Source of the DNA: Candidatus Heimdallarchaeota archaeon | GTDB lineage: Archaea > Asgardarchaeota > Heimdallarchaeia > Heimdallarchaeales > Heimdallarchaeaceae | Direction: 5' to 3' | Assembly (NCBI GenBank): GCA_030668825.1 | Contig: DAOVET010000065.1 | Coordinates: 1-14,424, forward strand | Length of the DNA stretch: 14,424 nt | Part shown: in pieces, positions 8,138 to 14,424 of the stretch | Layout: each line of letters opens with the position of its first letter | How positions within the stretch are numbered: position 1 is the stretch's first letter | Position numbers and translations under genes: made by a program | The notes under the pieces: model-generated | What the model was told of the DNA's origin: nothing | The model's input: the letters and a program-made list of their open reading frames with translations, nothing else | The model's database searches: none

Positions 8138-8209
8138 AGAAAAAAGTAATTATTAGAATTGATAAACTTTACTTCAACTCTGGTGCAATTACAAAAAGAC
8201 TCAAGTTTC

Positions 8210-8229
8210 GTTTGGTCTCAGAATAGTAA
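8210..8229 (+). repeat. Junction motif copy 1
   Basis: GTTTGGTCTCAGAATAGTAA. Confidence 0.75.
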
Positions 8230-8259
8230 AAAAGAAAGAGAAAATTACTTTTACGAAAA

Positions 8260-8535
8260 CTAATTGCTTTTTTCATGTTCTCTAATTGCTACAACTATTA
8301 ATTGTACAATAACATTATCAGGATACTTTTGTTCTAGTAATTCAGCTAATGCTTGACAGCCTGTACTATTAATGAATACTGAAAAAAGTTCATGATCATC
8401 TTTTAATTGAGTAGCCCAACTAATTAATCCAATAAAATAGATTTCATGTATTTCAGTTTTTCCAGTCAAATAGTCGCCTAATTCACGACCAAGTTTTTTA
8501 CATTGTTCTTCTGTTATTTTTTTGCTAGAGTTCAT
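8260..8535 (-). CDS. Small hypothetical protein
   Basis: Stand-alone ORF with a CTTTAAATA box ~26 nt upstream and a T-tract downstream. Confidence 0.7.
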   Translation of the reverse strand: MNSSKKITEEQCKKLGRELGDYLTGKTEIHEIYFIGLISWATQLKDDHELFSVFINSTGCQALAELLEQKYPDNVIVQLIVVAIREHEKSN

Positions 8536-8608
8536 TAATATCAGTACTATTGGTACATTTGAATATTTAAAGATGCCAAGTTATTCTCCTGTGTTACAAG
8601 GTTTTTCA

Positions 8609-8628
8609 GTTTGGTCTCAGGATGGTAA
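8609..8628 (+). repeat. Junction motif copy 2 (extended similarity 8602-8676 to ~9185-9264)
   Basis: GTTTGGTCTCAGGATGGTAA, followed by TTTTCTTTGGAAATTTTACTAATATAAAGG and an A-tract, as in copy 3. Confidence 0.8.
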
Positions 8629-8698
8629 TTTTCTTTGGAAATTTTACTAATATAAAGGAAAAAAAGAAAAAAATTATAGATCTCTCTTTAAAGTACTA

Positions 8699-9112
8699 TT
8701 ACCACTTTGTTACCATCTGATGAGTTCCATCTTTAAATCCGCCAAGCAGAATAACTAAGCAATCAATAGCCCAACCAATTCCACATATACCAAAAGTAAA
8801 TAAGTATAGTATTCCCGAACCCACTTTACCTACATAGAATCTATGGACCCCAATAATACCAAAGAGTAAACAAAGAATAAGTGCTACTAATCTACTCTTC
8901 TGTGATATACTAGGCTGAGTTCCAGGCACGGTTACTTGTACAACTTGACTAACGCTTTGTACTGGTGCAACTGTTATTGGTTGCGGAGTGATTGTTTGTT
9001 CTTGCTGAGTTTGTCCTTTCATTTGCGCACCACAATTTTGGCAAAACTTCGCTTCAGGATCTTGGGTAGAACCGCATTTTGGACAGAAAAATTTTTGATT
9101 CATATTTATCAC
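8699..9112 (-). CDS. Zinc-ribbon + TM2 domain membrane protein (ATG at 9103 is the likelier start)
   Basis: FCPKCG...FCQNCG double Zn-ribbon, Q/P/V linker, then KSRLVALILCLLFGIIGVHRFYVGKVGSGILYLFTFG (TM2 signature). Confidence 0.92.
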   Translation of the reverse strand: MINMNQKFFCPKCGSTQDPEAKFCQNCGAQMKGQTQQEQTITPQPITVAPVQSVSQVVQVTVPGTQPSISQKSRLVALILCLLFGIIGVHRFYVGKVGSGILYLFTFGICGIGWAIDCLVILLGGFKDGTHQMVTKW

Positions 9113-9132
9113 TTCTGAAAAACTCTTTTCAG

Positions 9133-9234
9133 TTTCATATTAATTTCTAGAACTGAGATTGAAGGGATTTTAAGCTTTGAAACAGTTTTCGGTTTTGGCT
9201 CAAAAAGGTAGTTTTCTCTAGAAATTTTACTAAT
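9133..9234. repeat. 102-bp direct repeat, left copy (promoter + junction motif copy 3 at 9192-9211)
   Basis: 90/102 identical to 11342-11443 without gaps (73 of the first 78). Motif GTTTTGGCTCAAAAAGGTAG. Confidence 0.92.
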
Positions 9235-9240
9235 ATTAAG

Positions 9241-9261
9241 GAAAAAAAGAAAGAAAAAAAA
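9241..9261 (-). terminator. Oligo-T terminator
   Basis: Long T-tract on the minus strand immediately after the stop codon of the 669-aa gene. Confidence 0.6.
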
Positions 9262-11271
9262 TTACAAACTAATTGCCCCATCTAAATCACATATAGCTAT
9301 AGTATGCTCATCACTAGTTATACTCCCTTTATCAATATAGTATTGTAGCCAAGCAGGATGTGTTCCAAAAGGAGTATCCCAAGTAGTATCAATAAAACAC
9401 CAAGTAAATCCTTCATCGTAGTAAGGGTCTATACTTCCAAATCGCCATAAACTACACGCAGGGTATACTAATCTAAAAGCGTCTGTGTCTTCAATATGAA
9501 CCAAAAGCGTCATATGATAAAAACCATAGTCAGCATCATGAAAACCAACTAAGGTTGTCTCAAATCCACAAGATTCTAAGTAAGCAGAAACTAACATTGC
9601 TTGGTCTTCACAATCTCCTAATGTTCTGAAAGCAGTCTCAACAGGGAACTTAACATAATCCAAACCAAATGACTCTTGTCCAACAGTTATATCAGTATCA
9701 TATTCATAATCAATTTCATCTATACACCATTGAACAATTTCATTAATCCAATATAATTCATTCCCTAACAACGCTGACCCCCAATACGGAAGCCAATCCC
9801 AGAAAGTCCAATAGAAAATATCCAAAGCCAGATACTCAGTTTGATTACCATACTTTAAACAATCTGCAAGAGCATTAGACACTTCTGAAAACCAATGCCC
9901 TTCTAAAAAGGTGTCTACATAACTTTGTGAATCATGTAAAACTATGTCCCTACAAAATCTTGTAAATTGATACCAATATGTAGAATCATCTGTCGCTAAA
10001 CTTACATAATAGTCTTCAAAGTAGTATCGTCTAACAGCCTCTGCAAAAATCATATATTGTGCAGGTAAAGTCATTTGTCTAATCCAAGTTGATAATTGAT
10101 TCCATTGTTGAGATAGAATATTATACTCTGCTTCTAATAACAGATAATCTGATTCAAGTTGAACATATAAAATACCTAGTTGGTTAAAAGCATCTGATAA
10201 TAAATTATAATCTATTTGTAAATTATCAAAATTAGATTGTAATGTAATCAAATTTTCTGTTAGTACATTGTATTCTGCTAACAAAGTATTGTATGTCGTT
10301 GAAAGTACATCAAATTCCGTAATTAACAGTTCGTGTTCAGATTGTAATATGCTATAATTTACTAATAATGTATTGTAGTCATTAAGCATTACATTGTAAC
10401 TTGTTTCCAAAGTAGAATAAGCTGATACCAAAGCATTGTAATCTTCTTGTAGGTCACTGTTTTCTATTACCAAAATATCATACTCTATAATTAATAAATT
10501 ATAATTTGCTAATATTGTAGTATAAAGAATATCTAAAGTTTCATATTCACCTAGTAGCATATTATAGCTCGTTATAAGTGCAGTATGTTCAGCTTGAAGT
10601 GTATTATAATCCAACTGTAATTCTTCATGAGCTAGTACTAATATATTATGATTTAACATTAAAGAATCATAGTCTATTTGTAAATCTCCAAGTTCAGTCT
10701 CTAAAACATTAAAAGCTATTAATAACGTATTATAGTCTGCAAATAAAGCGTCATAAGCTACTACAAGTGCATCATGCTCTGCTATTAAGAGATTATGATC
10801 ACCTTCTAATGTAGAATATTCTTCTATCAATAAATTATACTCAGCCATTACCGTATTGTAATCAGATAATAAAACATTATAAGCGATCACTAAAGTATCA
10901 TAATCTTCTTGTAACGCATTATTTTCCATGACTAATGTTTCATAGGTTTCTACTACAACACTATAATTTCCTAATAATGTAGAGTAGGTCTCATTTAATA
11001 TATTATAATCCAGTAGTAGTTTGGCATAGAGTTCATCCAAAGTAATATTTCCTTCAATTAATATGTCATACTTTTCTTGCAACTCGGTATAATTTCCTTC
11101 CAAATTATTGTAATCTCCTAAAAGATTATTATATTCTTCATTCAATTCTTCGAGGTCTAACAAAAGTGCACCATAGTCTTCACCAGTTAAATCTGTAATG
11201 AGATAACCAGTTAAACCACCGACGCAAAAAAATACAAGTATTAAGCTTCCTGTTAACATGTTTTTATTCAT
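9262..11271 (-). CDS. Membrane-anchored long coiled-coil protein with C-terminal transglutaminase-like cysteine protease domain
   Basis: N-terminal TM/signal (LILVFFCVGGLTGYLI) and ~350 aa of Y-x-x-L heptads. The C-terminal KFPVET...GDCEDQAML, HM and FIDTT give a Cys-His-Asp triad. GAGGT RBS. Confidence 0.85.
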   Translation of the reverse strand: MNKNMLTGSLILVFFCVGGLTGYLITDLTGEDYGALLLDLEELNEEYNNLLGDYNNLEGNYTELQEKYDILIEGNITLDELYAKLLLDYNILNETYSTLLGNYSVVVETYETLVMENNALQEDYDTLVIAYNVLLSDYNTVMAEYNLLIEEYSTLEGDHNLLIAEHDALVVAYDALFADYNTLLIAFNVLETELGDLQIDYDSLMLNHNILVLAHEELQLDYNTLQAEHTALITSYNMLLGEYETLDILYTTILANYNLLIIEYDILVIENSDLQEDYNALVSAYSTLETSYNVMLNDYNTLLVNYSILQSEHELLITEFDVLSTTYNTLLAEYNVLTENLITLQSNFDNLQIDYNLLSDAFNQLGILYVQLESDYLLLEAEYNILSQQWNQLSTWIRQMTLPAQYMIFAEAVRRYYFEDYYVSLATDDSTYWYQFTRFCRDIVLHDSQSYVDTFLEGHWFSEVSNALADCLKYGNQTEYLALDIFYWTFWDWLPYWGSALLGNELYWINEIVQWCIDEIDYEYDTDITVGQESFGLDYVKFPVETAFRTLGDCEDQAMLVSAYLESCGFETTLVGFHDADYGFYHMTLLVHIEDTDAFRLVYPACSLWRFGSIDPYYDEGFTWCFIDTTWDTPFGTHPAWLQYYIDKGSITSDEHTIAICDLDGAISL

Positions 11272-11341
11272 TTTTTTACCTCTGTTCCTGTTCCGTCACA
11301 AGCCTCGACTTGTGAGCTTTAGAAATTAATACTCTCTTCCT

Positions 11342-11443
11342 TTTCATATTAATCTCTAGAACTGAGATTTAGGGGTTTTTAAACTTTGAAACAGTTTTCG
11401 GTTTTGGCTCAAAAAGGTAATTTTAAAGAAAGATTTTACTAAT
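11342..11443. repeat. 102-bp direct repeat, right copy (promoter + junction motif copy 4 at 11401-11420)
   Basis: Matches 9133-9234. Motif GTTTTGGCTCAAAAAGGTAA. Minus-strand TATA AAAGTTTAAAAA. Confidence 0.92.
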
Positions 11444-11500
11444 TAATACTATCTTGCCGAAACTTCTTATAGCTCTTGGGGGTAAGAAACAAAGATTAAA

Positions 11501-11737
11501 ATGGTAGATTGTTTATTAGGATGGTGTTTCATTTCACAAGAAGAACTAATACTTTATATTGTTCTTGCTGCTGTTGCTGGTCTCATAATTGGAGCACTGT
11601 GTGGTGCTGCTTTTAAATCTGGGAAAAAGGAAGTAGTTTATGTCCAACCTCCTCCTCAATACCCACCACCACAACAGCCACAACATAGACAACCTCCCCC
11701 TCAGCGCCCTCCTCAAGATCAACAAAAACAACAATGA
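11501..11737 (+). CDS. Small single-TM protein with Pro/Gln-rich tail
   Basis: LILYIVLAAVAGLIIGALCGAAF, then KSGKK and VVYVQPPPQYPPPQQPQ.... Confidence 0.8.
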   Translation: MVDCLLGWCFISQEELILYIVLAAVAGLIIGALCGAAFKSGKKEVVYVQPPPQYPPPQQPQHRQPPPQRPPQDQQKQQ

Positions 11738-11885
11738 AATAATCTTACAGAAAGTTTTCTTATGGAGTATCGGCAATAAAATAAATCGTTATCAGTTTCT
11801 CCTGGATAGTAAATATTTTCATCAGCTGATAATTTTCTTTCATGAAAGTATTTAATCACCAATATTACAAAATGACTTGGACCAA

Positions 11886-12195
11886 GATTTGAACCAGGGT
11901 TGAAAATCATACCAGGTATTGGTAATAGGGATTCTCATTATCTTGCTAAAAAGTGGCGTTTGTATGTCACATATAACATGCGAAAAAATGATGTCTATAT
12001 GTCAAATAGAAAAAACAAGTTTCTTTAGTTACTCATGGCCATAAAGAACTTTCCATTTTCCTTCCCTTTTTCTTATTAGGGAGGGAGGAGAAGTAGCTAT
12101 AAAATGAAAGCTACTTCCCAAGAATAGTATTAGAACGAGATTAATAAAGGTTATCTAATAAAAAATCAGGTTGGAGGAGAACCCAGGTTCAAATC
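11886..12195. repeat. 16-bp inverted repeat pair (11886-11901 and 12180-12195) resembling a tRNA T-arm
   Basis: AACCCTGGTTCAAATC (minus) vs AACCCAGGTTCAAATC (plus), 15/16. Confidence 0.65.
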
Positions 12196-12221
12196 CGTAT
12201 TGAGAAAATCTTATCATTTAC

Positions 12222-12569
12222 TTATTTTATTTCTAAGAATGTGATTCTTATGGTTTCTACGCTCTTCTCCGAATGATTTACTAGTGTATAAAACATTTCT
12301 TTATCAAATATCACAAAGTCCCCTTCCTTTAACAACTCCTTCTCTTTTTCTCTTTTGTCAACTTTCTCAACTTCTACTTCTCCTTCCATTATAAATACGA
12401 CATCCTTTACTCCCCTTTGAGAAAATCTGAATAGTGGATCTCTTGGAAGTAAGATGATTTTATTGATCTCAAAGGGAGATATCCTTGGGAAAAGACTCTT
12501 ACATCTCTCCATACACTCAGAGTATTTACCCTTGATAGATGTATAATTGCTCCTTCTTATTATTTGCAT
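12222..12569 (-). CDS. Cupin-domain protein
   Basis: DVVFIMEGEVEV...LLKEGDFVIFD...YTLVNHS fits the cupin barrel pattern. The metal-binding histidines are absent. Confidence 0.8.
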   Translation of the reverse strand: MQIIRRSNYTSIKGKYSECMERCKSLFPRISPFEINKIILLPRDPLFRFSQRGVKDVVFIMEGEVEVEKVDKREKEKELLKEGDFVIFDKEMFYTLVNHSEKSVETIRITFLEIK

Positions 12570-12689
12570 GCTAATAATCTCTTCTGATATTTATGTTATT
12601 TTCCATGAAATGTATTAAAGTGTTAGCGTTACTATATATGCCCCCTATGTCTTCTCATAAGCTTTAGTGTTCTATGATTAAACAAAAAA

Positions 12690-12709
12690 GTTTAATCTCA
12701 AAAAGGTAA
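12690..12709 (+). repeat. Junction motif copy 5, overlapping the palindrome GATTAAAC-N6-GTTTAATC (12676-12697)
   Basis: GTTTAATCTCAAAAAGGTAA, abutting the left edge of the second ATPase-TOPRIM copy. Confidence 0.7.
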
Positions 12710-12724
12710 AAAAGAAAAAGAAAG

Positions 12725-13204
12725 TTACTTAACTTGAATCTCAAAATAGTATTTCTGGAACAATTCCTTTAAACACAGCAAATGCTTTGAAGAAAGTAAG
12801 ACATCTAATAGTTGTTTAAATTTGTCAATACGAATCATAGTTTTTCTATGAAATTCATTTTCATCTCTAGAAAATCCAAATTCTTTAATATCTACATTTT
12901 CTAAACGAGAAACTCTCAGAATCCAACCTTCAAGTTTTGGATCTAATTCAATTACATAATTATTGTTTGAAGTCTTGAAAACACTATATTTGAAATATTC
13001 ATTAACTTCAACCTCTTCCATCTCTCTGTATCTAGGTCTAATATAATCTTTATCAACCATTCCAATAGAATTGTTCATTTGGAATATCCATTTCAAAATA
13101 TTTCCTTTACCATATTTATGTTCCATTTCCTTTTTTGTAATATCAGGGAGCAATTTCTTTATTAATTCCCCATCAGAATCACATTCAAATAGAATCATTT
13201 TCAT
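12725..13204 (-). CDS. Small TOPRIM-fold protein, paralog of 1229-1708
   Basis: ILFECDSD and GMVDKD. 24 of 159 residues differ from copy 1 by manual count. Confidence 0.7.
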   Translation of the reverse strand: MKMILFECDSDGELIKKLLPDITKKEMEHKYGKGNILKWIFQMNNSIGMVDKDYIRPRYREMEEVEVNEYFKYSVFKTSNNNYVIELDPKLEGWILRVSRLENVDIKEFGFSRDENEFHRKTMIRIDKFKQLLDVLLSSKHLLCLKELFQKYYFEIQVK

Positions 13205-14219
13205 TCCCTAGATATTTATCAATGTTGAAGAATATATTATCCCAATCTAAAACTTCTTCCATCTGCTTTTCTGTCATACAATGAACTTTAGTTTCATAAT
13301 CTTCGTAGTAGGTGAGAAAAACACGTAAATCTTGCGGTGGAGTCTTTTCTACAAGTGATGTTAGCAAATAAGGATTATGAGTAGAAATGAAATATTGGTT
13401 GCTGAACTTATCAATCGCAATAATTTCTGCAATATATTTAGTATAGAAAGGAAATAGATGCGTTTCAGGTTCTTCAAAAACAAGGATTGATTCATTGTTT
13501 GATAAAATGGCGGGTATAAGAATGAATAATCTTTGAATTGTTTCTGCAGTGAGATTCAATGAAAAACCAACGAATAAATCTGTATCAAGTTTTACAATTT
13601 CAATTTTTTTATCAGCAGGACGTACATACGTTTTAAAACCAAAGGGATGTAAAATATCAGAAAGAGCAGTTCCAATTTTTTTATTCGCTTGCAATACATT
13701 TACTAAATTTGTTCCTAGTGGGGGAAGTAAGTATTCTGTTTCATGTGCTTTGAATTCAAAAAGCTGTTTGTACCTATAAAATTTAATCACAGGATACAAA
13801 TCATCAAATCCCTTCATCGTACCAATAAACTCTCTATAATGCCCTAGATCAGTAAAGGATATTCTTATTGCTTTTTCTTTTCTTTTATTAATCTGATCAA
13901 TGTGTTCTAATCTGAGATGATATTCATCCTGCTCAGAGGAGATAAGAATTTGTGAATTATCGACTGTAATGGTTGCAGGGTTATTTGTATTGTTATCATA
14001 AAAGAAATTCATGAAATATTCATATCGCACAATATCCTTGCTTATATGTTGTTTGTCAGTTGTATAACGATTAAATCTAATTGAAGAAAACAGTCCTAGA
14101 GCTTCTAAAATATTGGATTTTCCTGTATTAGGTTTACCAATAAATATATTTATTCTTGAACAATCCAAATCAACATTTTTGATTGATTTAAAATTTTTGA
14201 TAGAAATATGTTTTATCAT
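13185..14219 (-). CDS. ABC-type ATPase (AAA_15/AAA_21), paralog of 1689-2723
   Basis: GKPNTGKS, FEEPETHL, ISTHNP. 64 of 344 residues differ from copy 1 by manual count. Confidence 0.9.
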   Translation of the reverse strand: MIKHISIKNFKSIKNVDLDCSRINIFIGKPNTGKSNILEALGLFSSIRFNRYTTDKQHISKDIVRYEYFMNFFYDNNTNNPATITVDNSQILISSEQDEYHLRLEHIDQINKRKEKAIRISFTDLGHYREFIGTMKGFDDLYPVIKFYRYKQLFEFKAHETEYLLPPLGTNLVNVLQANKKIGTALSDILHPFGFKTYVRPADKKIEIVKLDTDLFVGFSLNLTAETIQRLFILIPAILSNNESILVFEEPETHLFPFYTKYIAEIIAIDKFSNQYFISTHNPYLLTSLVEKTPPQDLRVFLTYYEDYETKVHCMTEKQMEEVLDWDNIFFNIDKYLGNENDSI

Positions 14220-14329
14220 TTTCTGTACTTAATGTTAAATTGCAAGTTTAAAATTGTTTTGTAGGTAATTTGGTGTAACACTTTACCAGGAGAATCTTCT
14301 TGAGGAGTATTTTCTAATTCAGTTGTCAT
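14216..14329 (-). pseudogene. 37-aa ORF, probably the 5' stub of an interrupted gene
   Basis: MTTELENTPQEDSPGKVLHQITYKTILNLQFNIKYRK*. AAGGTG RBS and ATGA overlap with the upstream gene. From codon ~17 it runs through the duplicated promoter DNA. Confidence 0.45.
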
Positions 14330-14424
14330 GAACGCACCTTAAAATCAATTCTAATTTTCTTTGAAATCTCTTCTAGTTCCTCTTCATACCTGGTCTTTTC
14401 AGCTGCACTAATAAGGAAATCAAT
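14326..14424 (-). CDS. 3' end of a gene starting beyond the window (partial)
   Basis: Open from the right edge: IDFLISAAEKTRYEEELEEISKKIRIDFKVRS*. Confidence 0.6.
   Translation of the reverse strand: MDFLISAAEKTRYEEELEEISKKIRIDFKVRS

Larger units (their letters stand above)
12709..14279. repeat. Copy 2 of the ~1.57 kb direct repeat
   Basis: Colinear with 1213-2783. Confidence 0.95.

Noticed and set aside
2968-8200. CAATTACAAA(AA)GAC at ~2968 and ~8186 as a repeat pair
   Set aside because: Short, A-rich and needs a gap, so it is not distinguishable from background.
8214-8618. Two GGTCTC (BsaI) sites suggesting synthetic cloning scars
   Set aside because: They are part of the natural degenerate motif. 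Other copies read TGGCTC or AATCTC.
8936-9118. 60-aa plus-strand ORF
   Set aside because: Antisense to the well-supported TM2/Zn-ribbon gene.
11795-11812. GTTTCTCCTGGATAGTAA as a sixth junction motif
   Set aside because: It needs a 2-bp gap and lacks CTCA. It may be a degenerate copy but is not supportable by eye.
11546-11910. ORFs 11546-11776, 11640-11855 and 11719-11910
   Set aside because: They overlap the TM/Pro-rich gene in other frames and lack protein-like features. The PGSNLG in the last is just the translated T-arm-like sequence.
11872-11960. Complete tRNA gene
   Set aside because: Only a T-arm-like part is present. I could not pair a D-arm, anticodon arm or 5' acceptor strand.
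8210-12709. CRISPR array or classical integron attC sites
   Set aside because: Spacing is hundreds to thousands of bp and contains genes. There are no RYYYAAC...GTTRRRY hairpins, and no cas or intI gene in the window.
1213-14279. Composite transposon with IS ends
   Set aside because: The flanking repeats encode ATPase/TOPRIM proteins, not transposases, and show no terminal inverted repeats or target-site duplication.

Overview
AT-rich, archaeal-looking window. Most genes have TATA/BRE-like boxes about 25 nt upstream, with oligo-T terminators and GAGGT/AAGGTG ribosome-binding sites; an Asgard/Heimdallarchaeia-like host is my inference. After a RecA/RadB-family ATPase gene (86-1204) comes a ~13 kb accessory island. 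It is bracketed by two direct, indel-free copies (offset 11,496 bp) of a ~1.57 kb operon encoding an ABC/AAA_15-type ATPase plus a small TOPRIM protein (split-OLD/PARIS-like). The ATPase differences between copies cluster in one central segment. Between the copies lie mostly single-gene units: HNH nuclease, DUF4145/HEPN-like, YaaC-like, TM2/Zn-ribbon, a membrane-anchored coiled-coil transglutaminase-like protein, a cupin and small membrane proteins. The main unexplained signal is a same-orientation 20-bp intergenic motif (GTTTnnnCTCARRAWRGTAR) at five successive junctions (8210, 8609, 9192, 11401, 12690). Unrelated direct-repeat pairs flank two other single genes, and truncated gene stubs, including a Vsr N-terminus, sit at junctions. 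This suggests an integron-like but non-attC cassette array. No recombinase is encoded in the window, so mobility is inferred, not shown.
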